Shown in pieces: positions 9,169 to 16,696 of a stretch of 64,000 nt of DNA. Numbering within the stretch: the stretch's first letter is position 1; each line of letters begins with the position of its first letter. Below the pieces are notes generated by a model. It worked only from the letters and a program-made list of their open reading frames with translations. It had not been told where the DNA came from and did not search any database. Source of the DNA: Patescibacteria group bacterium (GTDB lineage: Bacteria > Patescibacteriota > Microgenomatia > UBA10105 > UBA927); the NCBI GenBank assembly GCA_049322955.1, contig JBMOPU010000033.1:64784-128783 (forward strand), given 5' to 3'. Made by a program: the position numbers and the translations under genes.

Positions 9169-9175
9169 TACGATT

Positions 9176-10072
9176 ATGGCAACGAAACGTGATTTTTACG
9201 AAATATTGGGAGTGAGTAAATCCGCGTCCGCCGCGGAGATTAAATCCGCGTATCGCAAGCTTGCCCTCGAGTGGCATCCCGATCGAAATAAGGCCGCAAA
9301 CGCCAACGAAAAATTTAAGGAAATCAACGAAGCCTACGCAGTGCTTTCCGATCCCAAAAAGAAAGAAACATATGACCAATACGGACATGCGGCGTTCCAA
9401 CCCGGCATGGGCGGGGGAGCGCAAGGGGGCAACCCCTTCGGCGGCGGGTTCGGACAGGGACCGTTCCAATACTATTACTCGTCAGGCGGTCAGGGAGGCA
9501 ATCCGTTCGGCGGTATGGGTGGCGGGGACTTTATCGATCCGTTTGAAATATTTGAACAGTTTTTCGGCGGCGGTTTTTCTCCCCGGGGTCGCGGCCGTGC
9601 ACATCCTTCCTATGAAATGGAAATCAGCTTCATGGATGCCGTCAAAGGGGTGACCCGCGAAATTCATGTGCCCAAGGGGGGAGCAGGCGAAGGGTCTCTC
9701 AAAAAAACAATCAAAATCCCGGCAGGCGTGGATACCGGTTCGCGCATACGGTTTGATGAATTCGATCTGGTGATTTCGGTAGCCCCGGACAAAAAGTTCA
9801 AACGGGAAGGGGATGATATCTTTCTCGAAGAGGGAATTTCCTATAGTATGGCCGCCCTGGGAGGGGTTTTGGAAGTTCCTACCATTGATGAATCGGTCAA
9901 AATTCGTATCCAACCGGGTACCCAGCCGGGTACACTGATCCGCATCAGAGGCAAAGGCGTTCCCCATGTGCGCGGCAACGGGAGGGGGGATCAATACGTC
10001 AAAATTCAGGTGAAGGTACCGACCCATCTTTCGCGGCGCCAAAAGGAACTGTTGGAAGAATTCGACGCATAG
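9176..10072 (+). CDS. dnaJ: DnaJ-family co-chaperone, type II/CbpA-like. It has a J-domain, a Gly/Phe-rich region and a C-terminal substrate-binding domain, with no CxxCxGxG zinc-finger repeats.
   Basis: J-domain [33 protein letters not shown] with the HPD motif. A long G/F-rich segment follows. There are no Cys repeats anywhere in the 298 aa. Confidence 0.85.
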   Translation: MATKRDFYEILGVSKSASAAEIKSAYRKLALEWHPDRNKAANANEKFKEINEAYAVLSDPKKKETYDQYGHAAFQPGMGGGAQGGNPFGGGFGQGPFQYYYSSGGQGGNPFGGMGGGDFIDPFEIFEQFFGGGFSPRGRGRAHPSYEMEISFMDAVKGVTREIHVPKGGAGEGSLKKTIKIPAGVDTGSRIRFDEFDLVISVAPDKKFKREGDDIFLEEGISYSMAALGGVLEVPTIDESVKIRIQPGTQPGTLIRIRGKGVPHVRGNGRGDQYVKIQVKVPTHLSRRQKELLEEFDA

Positions 10073-10093
10073 TAACCCCGGGGGGATTTTACG

Positions 10094-10705
10094 ATGTACA
10101 ATGGCGGTATGACCCGTTTCCGCCTTCGGATAATTCCGTTTATTTTCCTTGCTCTCGTGTGCGCACATTTCCTGTGGCGTATCCTGACGCCTTCATGTAA
10201 AACGTACGACTGTATCAGTGTCTCGGGTAAGGATCTGGATCTTGTTGATACATACGAAGACACCGGTGTCGCCTGGCGCGGTCTTCTGCGGAGTGGGGAC
10301 ATGGATATCCGTTTAAAAGTTCTTCATGACATCCCACGTACTCAGTCTGATGAAATAACCAAGATTCATCTCACTGCCATGTTGGGTTTGTATGATGTTG
10401 CTCTGTCGCCGTATCCGGGTGCGATCTCACACACGATACGGTGTGACGAGCAGTTTAAGCCCGTACCTAAAAAAATCGTCGGAGATGCAAATCAGCAAGT
10501 AGTTTATTTTGCGGGCTTCCTTAATGCGCGCATGCAGTACGGAAGCTGTATTGAGAATCAAATTTCCTACCGGAGTTATGCCGGCATTGTTTATTGCGAA
10601 AAACAGAAGAAATGGGTACAAATCGAACTTATTATGCCAAAAGATTCCCCGGTATCCGATGGTGACGGTGAGCGGTTTATTCAACGTATTTCGTGTAAAA
10701 AATAA
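10094..10705 (+). CDS. Hypothetical secreted or membrane-anchored protein (signal/TM IIPFIFLALVCAHFLW)
   Basis: 203-aa ORF with an N-terminal hydrophobic segment. It overlaps the start of the next gene (taATG). GC is lower than in the flanking genes. Confidence 0.35.
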   Translation: MYNGGMTRFRLRIIPFIFLALVCAHFLWRILTPSCKTYDCISVSGKDLDLVDTYEDTGVAWRGLLRSGDMDIRLKVLHDIPRTQSDEITKIHLTAMLGLYDVALSPYPGAISHTIRCDEQFKPVPKKIVGDANQQVVYFAGFLNARMQYGSCIENQISYRSYAGIVYCEKQKKWVQIELIMPKDSPVSDGDGERFIQRISCKK

Positions 10706-12201
10706 TGGTACGTATTGTCAAAAAAAGCGTCATATTTCGATCTCTCTATTATGTAGCGGCTTTCATAGGTTGCGGTATTCTTGTTGCTGGAATCTATCAC
10801 AATGCGGGGAAGATATTCCAAAGAAGTATTACGTGTAAAAACTGTAATGTCATACTGGTATCCCTGGATACATTAAGCGCTGACAATCTCTCCTGTTATG
10901 GCTACGAACATAATACCGCACCGAATTTATGCGCATTTGCAGACGGGCAAGTCAATTTTCCCCATGCATATGCAAATAGTACGTACACGCTACCAACCCA
11001 CGTCACGATGTTTACCGGTTTATACCCTTCTACACACACTATACAAGAGGTTGGAACCAAAAAAATACCCGTGACGGCACCGTTCCTTCCGTCGATACTC
11101 AAGGATAACGGGTACAGGACGATATTCGTTATGGATCAAGATAATCCCCATATGCCGACGGATACGGTGTACTTCCGGGGAATTGATACACGGTTTGATG
11201 AAGATACCGTTCCTTGGTCCGTGGCGCTTAATGAATTTGAAAATGTCACAAGCCGTGGAGAAAAAGCGTTTCTTTTTATCCATTCATACTATGTTCATCC
11301 TCCATACAATGAAGAAGATAAGCCGGCGTCGTATGCCGATGACGAATTTGATTGGATATTTTTGCGGTCTGCAGACAAAACCGGCAATACACAGAATTTT
11401 ATTGATTATCTCATTACCGCGTTGCAACACAATCTTGCAAACAATGTTCCCAAGGACCCTGCGGATCATCGGGCATTGCTTGATGAATTGATTGCGGGTG
11501 CGGGAAATTTAATTGCACAGCAGAAGGCCCTTTCCCGTTATAACACCGTTGTGAACCAATACCGTGAGAATTATGATCCTCTCATACGGTTGGATCCGGC
11601 GGATCCGCGTCAGATGTCGTACTTTAAGTCGGTTTATGATGATCGCATCAGGAAGCTCGACAGCGGTCCACTGCGTGATTTGCTAAGTTTTTTCCAGAAG
11701 CCTTCTATCGCATCCAATACGATCCTCATCATTACCTCTGATCACGGCGAAGAGTTCGGTGAGCACGGGTATATTTCACACAGCACCCTGTATAACCCCA
11801 ACACACATATCGTATTTACCATGGCAATTCCCGGTACGAAAAGCCGCCGAATCCTGGATTATGTGCAGACGGCAGATATTACCCCAACTATTATTGACCT
11901 TTTGGGGATTCGCACGAATTTTTCGTTTGATGGGATAAGCGTCGTCCGGACACTCTTGGGAGGCAGTATGCCAAAGCGCATGCTCGTGGCAAATTCGGCG
12001 CGTCTCACGACACTTCGTCTTGGCCGGTGGAAGTTGTTTTTGGATACGTCAGGGAAAGATTACGTCCCGATCGAATTGTATGACACGGAAAAAGATCCGA
12101 AAGAACGCATCAACCTGCTTTTTACTCATTTCCGGTTTGCACAGAATATGCTCAGTGTGTATAAGCGGCAAATTGATAAAATCACCCCTTTGTCCTTTTA
12201 A
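10705..12201 (+). CDS. Sulfatase-like hydrolase/transferase of the alkaline-phosphatase superfamily, with an N-terminal TM anchor
   Basis: N-terminal TM. Motif ILVSLDTLSADNLSCYGYEHNTAPNL resembles the S-x-DTLRADHLGCYGY active-site region of this family. Motif TSDHGEEFGEHG resembles the metal-binding DHG motif. Confidence 0.55.
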   Translation: MVRIVKKSVIFRSLYYVAAFIGCGILVAGIYHNAGKIFQRSITCKNCNVILVSLDTLSADNLSCYGYEHNTAPNLCAFADGQVNFPHAYANSTYTLPTHVTMFTGLYPSTHTIQEVGTKKIPVTAPFLPSILKDNGYRTIFVMDQDNPHMPTDTVYFRGIDTRFDEDTVPWSVALNEFENVTSRGEKAFLFIHSYYVHPPYNEEDKPASYADDEFDWIFLRSADKTGNTQNFIDYLITALQHNLANNVPKDPADHRALLDELIAGAGNLIAQQKALSRYNTVVNQYRENYDPLIRLDPADPRQMSYFKSVYDDRIRKLDSGPLRDLLSFFQKPSIASNTILIITSDHGEEFGEHGYISHSTLYNPNTHIVFTMAIPGTKSRRILDYVQTADITPTIIDLLGIRTNFSFDGISVVRTLLGGSMPKRMLVANSARLTTLRLGRWKLFLDTSGKDYVPIELYDTEKDPKERINLLFTHFRFAQNMLSVYKRQIDKITPLSF

Positions 12202-12210
12202 AGCGTATGT

Positions 12211-12240
12211 TTGACTCAAATGTTATTTTGTTGTTATAAT
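12211..12240 (+). promoter_or_regulatory. Sigma-70 promoter TTGACT-18nt-TATAAT upstream of nusA-infB
   Basis: TTGACT at 12211-12216 and TATAAT at 12235-12240, read directly from the sequence. Confidence 0.5.
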
Positions 12241-12263
12241 GTGCCTAGTGATGAGAGCTTTGG

Positions 12264-12290
12264 AAGGTGGGGCGACCCGCCTTTTTTATT
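12264..12290 (+). terminator. Terminator-like hairpin (6-bp stem ggtggg/cccgcc with one G-U pair, GCGA tetraloop) followed by TTTTTTATT. It lies between the promoter above and the nusA start, so it is a candidate leader attenuator.
   Basis: aaGGTGGGgcgaCCCGCCttttttatt, read directly from the sequence. The nusA Shine-Dalgarno (aaggaga) and ATG follow at 12310. Confidence 0.4.
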
Positions 12291-12309
12291 AAATACAAAG
12301 GAGAAAACC

Positions 12310-13467
12310 ATGCCAGCAGTCGTCAGAAGTGAATTTGCGTTAGCCTTAAATCAAGTCGCCACGGAGCGGGGAATTGATCCCAACGTGGTAATGGAAACCA
12401 TCAAAGCCGCCATTCTTGCCGCCTATCGGAAGGATTACGGTATTGATGAATTGTTGACGCTTACGGTTGACTTAAACCCCGATACCGGCGAAGCACGGGT
12501 CATGCAGGACGGAAAAGACGTTACCCCTCCCGGTTTTGGCCGTATCGCGGCACAAACGGCAAAGCAGGTTATTTTGCAACGTATCCGCGAAGCGGAAAAG
12601 CAGGCGGTACTTTCCGATTTTCAGGAAAAAGTAGGCGGCATCGTACCCGGAATGATTCTCCGGTTTGACGGTCCGAACATCATCGTCGATATCGGCAGAA
12701 CACAGTCGGTGATGCCCGTCAGTGAGCAAAATCCCGCGGAACGGTACCACTTAAATCAGCGATTAACTTTTTACATCGAAGGTATTCGCGAAACCATGCG
12801 AGGCAACGAGATCATCGTTTCCCGCGCGCACAAAGGACTTGTTGAAGGCTTATTTAAGCGTGAAGTGCCGGAAGTTGCGCAGGGTGCCGTTGAACTTCGC
12901 GTAGTCGCCCGTGAGGCGGGAAACAGGACAAAGGTCGCCGTATTTTCCTCGGCTCCCGGAGTTGATCCCGTAGGCTCCTGTGTCGGACAAAAAGGTGTTC
13001 GTGTGCAGGCCGTTATCAATGAATTGGGAGGCAATGAAAAAGTGGATATCATCCAATGGAGCGATGATATGAAGCAATTCATCATGGCAAGCTTGGCGCC
13101 CGCAAAAGATATGGATGTGGTATTAAACGAAAAGAAACAGTCTGCCGAAGTGTCCGTTCCCGATGATCAGCTTTCTCTCGCCATCGGTCGTGACGGAGGC
13201 AACGTTCGACTTGCCGCAAAGCTTACCGGTTGGAAGATCGATATCAAAGGCAAAGGGACAACAGCGGTTGCCGAATCGGCACCGACGGAAGCGGCGGTTG
13301 CGCCGGTCAATGATACCGAAGTCAAGGAAGATGCGCCGGCTGAGGAAGCTCCCATCGAAGGAGCCGAAGCACCGGTTACCGAAGAGGCAACGACACCTGA
13401 AGTAACGGAAGAAGCAAAAGAAGTATCCGTAGCATCCGACTCGACGAATACGACATCAGAAAACTAA
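12310..13467 (+). CDS. nusA: Transcription termination/antitermination factor NusA, with an acidic low-complexity C-terminal tail in place of the E. coli AR1/AR2 domains
   Basis: Start MPAVVRSEFALALNQVATERGID matches the NusA N-terminal domain, with Shine-Dalgarno aaggaga upstream. The S1 and KH regions are recognisable (...VVAREAGNRTKVAVFS...GSCVGQKGVRVQAVINELGGNEKVDII). The C-terminus is E/A/T/P-rich. Confidence 0.9.
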   Translation: MPAVVRSEFALALNQVATERGIDPNVVMETIKAAILAAYRKDYGIDELLTLTVDLNPDTGEARVMQDGKDVTPPGFGRIAAQTAKQVILQRIREAEKQAVLSDFQEKVGGIVPGMILRFDGPNIIVDIGRTQSVMPVSEQNPAERYHLNQRLTFYIEGIRETMRGNEIIVSRAHKGLVEGLFKREVPEVAQGAVELRVVAREAGNRTKVAVFSSAPGVDPVGSCVGQKGVRVQAVINELGGNEKVDIIQWSDDMKQFIMASLAPAKDMDVVLNEKKQSAEVSVPDDQLSLAIGRDGGNVRLAAKLTGWKIDIKGKGTTAVAESAPTEAAVAPVNDTEVKEDAPAEEAPIEGAEAPVTEEATTPEVTEEAKEVSVASDSTNTTSEN

Positions 13468-13497
13468 GTATGAGACGAGTGTTGTTTTTCGTTTCTT

Positions 13498-14982
13498 ATG
13501 GGAAAAGACAAGCACATGCCAGTTCTTTCTTCACGGCCGCCGGTGGTTGCGGTGTTGGGGCATGTTGATCACGGAAAAACAACCCTTCTTGACTACATCC
13601 GCAAAGCAAACGTCGCCGCCCGTGAACACGGAGGAATCACCCAGCACATCGGTGCGTATCAGATAGACTACAAAACGAAGGCGAAAGAGCAACGGAAGAT
13701 CACCTTTATCGATACCCCGGGACACGAGGCGTTTAGTAAAATCCGTTCAAGAGGCGCATCTGCCGCGGATATCGCAATACTGGTGGTCGCCGCCAATGAC
13801 AGCGTCAAACCTCAAACAATCGAATCGATTCGGCAAATTAAGACGGCGGGAATTCCCCTTATCGTGGCTATCAATAAAGTTGATCTTCCCGGCATTATTA
13901 TCGACAAGGTAAAGTCGGATCTTGCCAAGCATGAAGTGCAGGTCGAAGGATTCGGCGGGGACGTTCCGTTTGTCTTAGTATCCGCCAAAGCGGGTACCGG
14001 GGTGGAAGATTTGCTGGAGCTTATTTTGCTGGTGTCTGACATGAAGGGACTTGCAAACGATGAAAAGAGTGACGTTCATGCGGTGGTTATTGAAGCAAAA
14101 GTAGATAAATTTAGAGGCCAGGTGGCGACTTTGCTGGTCAAATCGGGGACACTGACCTCGGCAAGTACGTTGTATGAAGGGCAAAAAGCATTAGGAAAAG
14201 TACGCGCTATGCTTGATGAAACGGGTACCAAAGTGGAATCTGCCGGTCCCGGTAAGCCTGTTGAGGTACTGGGATTTTCCGTACTTCCTTCCATTGGCGC
14301 GGTTATTTCCACAACCCCGCAACAGCCCTCTGTACAAGCCGCACCGACCGCCGCAAAAACGACCAATGTCGCCGATTTCCTGGCGGCCATGACCGCGGCA
14401 GACAAAAAACGATTGAAATTATTTATCAAAGCCGATACCTCAGGCTCGCTTGAGGCCGTTATTGAAGCGTTACCCAAAGACGAAATTGATATAGTCCACG
14501 GCTCGCTCGGAGACATTACCGAGGCGGATATTCTGGAAGCGGGAGCGATGGGAGCCGTGGTGGTCGGGTTTAACGTCAAGGCCGCGGGAGGTGTGGAAAA
14601 GCTCGCCGCCCATGAAAAAGTCATTTTCCGTATCTATACGATTATTTATGAGCTTTTGGACGAAATGGCCGATGTCGTCAGCGGGATGGAGGATCTTCTT
14701 ATCAAGGAGCGCGAGTTAGGGCAGGGCGCTATTATTGCCGAGTTTCCTTTTGAAAAAGATCGCATTGCAGGCACCAAAGTCGTCTCAGGCAGGCTAGCCA
14801 AGGGTGACATGGTGAAAATCATGCGAGGAGACACCGAGATCGGACGCGCACGAATACGCTCAATTCGGCAGGGTAAGAACGAAGTTACCAAGGTGGAAGT
14901 AGGCGGGGAGTGCGGTGTGCTGTTGGACAAAAAAGTTGATTTTACGCTCCAAGATGGTATAATAGCCTTCACTACAGGATAG
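13498..14982 (+). CDS. infB: Translation initiation factor IF-2, core only (494 aa). It begins at the G-domain and lacks the N-terminal region.
   Basis: G1 motif VVAVLGHVDHGKTTLLD at residue ~15, then DTPGHEAF and NKVD. The C-terminal fMet-tRNA binding beta-barrel is present. nusA-infB synteny is conserved. Confidence 0.9.
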   Translation: MGKDKHMPVLSSRPPVVAVLGHVDHGKTTLLDYIRKANVAAREHGGITQHIGAYQIDYKTKAKEQRKITFIDTPGHEAFSKIRSRGASAADIAILVVAANDSVKPQTIESIRQIKTAGIPLIVAINKVDLPGIIIDKVKSDLAKHEVQVEGFGGDVPFVLVSAKAGTGVEDLLELILLVSDMKGLANDEKSDVHAVVIEAKVDKFRGQVATLLVKSGTLTSASTLYEGQKALGKVRAMLDETGTKVESAGPGKPVEVLGFSVLPSIGAVISTTPQQPSVQAAPTAAKTTNVADFLAAMTAADKKRLKLFIKADTSGSLEAVIEALPKDEIDIVHGSLGDITEADILEAGAMGAVVVGFNVKAAGGVEKLAAHEKVIFRIYTIIYELLDEMADVVSGMEDLLIKERELGQGAIIAEFPFEKDRIAGTKVVSGRLAKGDMVKIMRGDTEIGRARIRSIRQGKNEVTKVEVGGECGVLLDKKVDFTLQDGIIAFTTG

Positions 14983-15064
14983 TCGTGTATTCGTATTACG
15001 GTACATCGTTTTTTTTTAAAATTTCGTGCGATGGAACGGGTAACGAAAAACGACACAACCAACT

Positions 15065-16042
15065 ATGACCTACGAAGAAGCACTCACCAAAGCAAAAGAA
15101 ATGGTCGGATCTGCGAGTGAAATCGTGATCGTGACCCACGGCAATCCCACCATGGATAGCATGGGAGCTTCGCTTGCCCTCATGTTAGGCGTGGTGTCGT
15201 TGGGCAAAAAGGCAACCGTCGTTTGCCCTGATGCCGTGACGGTCGGTTTATCGAATTTTGTGGGTGTGGATCGTGTGGTTCGGGATTTCGGCAAGAAAAA
15301 TTTCGTTATTTCCCTAGACTATGAAGACGGATCCATCGAAAAGGTAAGCTACAACATCGAAGGCAAGAAATTTAATCTCGTGGTAGAACACCGCCCGGGG
15401 TTCGAGCTATTTAGCGCCGATAAGGTACAGTATTCGTATCAGGGTGTGTCAGCCGATCTTGTCATCAGTGTCGATACACTTTCTCTTACCGATCTTGGTG
15501 CGGTGTATGAACAGCACAAAGACGTATTCGGCAAAACACCTATCATCAATGTCGATTTCCACAAAGACAATGTCAATTACGGGGCGTTGAATCTTGTCGA
15601 TCCCGGTGCCTCCTCAACGGCGGAACTTGTTGCCGAGCTTATGGCGACACTCGGGGTGAAACTGAGCACGGATATCGCGACGAACCTGTTAAATGCAATC
15701 TACGATGCGACCAATAATTTCCAAAATGCCAATGTCACCAGCATGGCATTTGAAGTGGCAAGCGTCTGTCTTAAAGCGGGTGCAAAACGTTTCGGCATTA
15801 CAGCGAACGCTCCGCGTGCCACATCCGAACCGAAAGTATACGTAGGAAACAAACCGGTTGAAGATAAACATCCCGCTCCGGTTTTGGATGTTACCCCGGT
15901 ACAAGCGCCGTCTGTCCCGCCTGCAGTAGTGCATGAAACGAAGCCGGCGGTAGGTTCCCCTCAGGATGAAGGGAAAAAACCGGTCAACCCTCCCTCTGAC
16001 TGGCTGAAACCCAAGATTTTTAAGAGTTCTTCGCTTGTTTGA
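15065..16042 (+). CDS. DHH-family phosphoesterase (NrnA/RecJ-like) with degenerate catalytic motifs and a Pro-rich C-terminal extension
   Basis: Motif I region IVIVTHGNPTMDSMGASLAL aligns with the NrnA consensus H-x-NPDGDAIGS-LAL, but the first Asp of DxD is replaced (TMD). The expected DHH motif is DFH (INVDFHKDN). Confidence 0.5.
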   Translation: MTYEEALTKAKEMVGSASEIVIVTHGNPTMDSMGASLALMLGVVSLGKKATVVCPDAVTVGLSNFVGVDRVVRDFGKKNFVISLDYEDGSIEKVSYNIEGKKFNLVVEHRPGFELFSADKVQYSYQGVSADLVISVDTLSLTDLGAVYEQHKDVFGKTPIINVDFHKDNVNYGALNLVDPGASSTAELVAELMATLGVKLSTDIATNLLNAIYDATNNFQNANVTSMAFEVASVCLKAGAKRFGITANAPRATSEPKVYVGNKPVEDKHPAPVLDVTPVQAPSVPPAVVHETKPAVGSPQDEGKKPVNPPSDWLKPKIFKSSSLV

Positions 16043-16087
16043 GACAGCAACGGTAATCTCCCACTGGTAAATTTTTCGCCAATATCG

Positions 16088-16130
16088 TATAATGAGTGCC
16101 TTGGGAGCACAAAAGAGCGCGCTCCCTTTT
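16088..16130 (+). promoter_or_regulatory. rpsO promoter and 5' leader. TATAAT is at 16088-16093, followed by a hairpin (GGGAGC 16103-16108 pairing with GCTCCC 16121-16126, enclosing the 10-nt palindrome GAGCGCGCTC) and then TTTT. This is a candidate S15 autoregulatory or attenuator structure.
   Basis: Read directly from the sequence. S15 is known to autoregulate through its own mRNA leader in several bacteria. Confidence 0.35.
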
Positions 16131-16139
16131 ATAAAGCAT

Positions 16140-16556
16140 ATGGCAACCAAAACCGCAAAAAAAGCAACGAAAACCGCCAAAACGGCAAAAGCAGTGAAGG
16201 AAACCAAAGAGCCGAAAAAAGCAACCGCGACCAAAACGACGAAGGTTGCAAAGCCGACCAAAGCCGCCGCAAAAGCGGCCGCAGACGAAGCCGCAATTCC
16301 GTCTCCCGAAAAACAGGAAATTATCGTCCAATTCGCACTGAAGTCCGGAGACACCGGTAGTCCCGAAGTGCAGGTTGCGCTTCTTACCCGACGCATCGAA
16401 AAGCTCGTCGAACATCTTCGCGGCAATCCGCATGATAATCATTCACGACGCGGCCTTTTGGGTATCGTGAGCAAACGACGACGTTTGTTAAACTATCTTG
16501 AGAAAAAAGATAAAAAGCGATTTGTCCAAATCAAGGAAAAATTAGGCTTAACATAA
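16140..16556 (+). CDS. rpsO: 30S ribosomal protein S15 with a ~48-aa Lys/Ala-rich (histone-H1-like) N-terminal extension. The alternative upstream ATG at 16092 overlaps the putative -10 box.
   Basis: C-terminal 89 aa, ...[68 protein letters not shown], match E. coli S15 closely. The N-terminal extension reads [51 protein letters not shown]. Confidence 0.85.
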   Translation: MATKTAKKATKTAKTAKAVKETKEPKKATATKTTKVAKPTKAAAKAAADEAAIPSPEKQEIIVQFALKSGDTGSPEVQVALLTRRIEKLVEHLRGNPHDNHSRRGLLGIVSKRRRLLNYLEKKDKKRFVQIKEKLGLT

Positions 16557-16624
16557 TATAAATTTACGGCGCACAGCGTCCCTGGAGCGATAAGAGGCCA
16601 GTGGTCGAGGATAGAGCATAGAAG

Positions 16625-16655
16625 TAGAAAACTTATCACGTTCTTCCGTTTTCTA
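16625..16655 (+). promoter_or_regulatory. 8-bp perfect inverted repeat, tagaaaac-N15-gttttcta, in the 140-nt rpsO-pnp intergenic region. Possible terminator, RNase processing or pnp autoregulation hairpin.
   Basis: Read directly from the sequence. In E. coli, the rpsO-pnp spacer carries a terminator and an RNase III-processed pnp leader. Confidence 0.3.
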
Positions 16656-16696
16656 TCTTCAACCCCTCCGCTTCTTATACCCCACAAGGATGCATC

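Noticed and set aside
9113-10168. Minus-strand ORFs (118 and 228 aa) over the dnaJ region
   Set aside because: They are antisense to a well-supported dnaJ, with Gly-codon-run artefacts from the G/F-rich region.
12211-12309. ORF-track N-terminal extension of nusA (MTQMLFCCYNVPSD...)
   Set aside because: The region contains a clean promoter, a terminator-like hairpin, and a Shine-Dalgarno-ATG at 12310 that matches the NusA N-terminus. The extension is untranslated leader.
14983-15064. T9 run after infB as an intrinsic terminator
   Set aside because: A strong U-tract (cgttttttttt at about 15010-15020) is present, but I could not find a convincing preceding GC stem. It may be a weak terminator, left uncalled.
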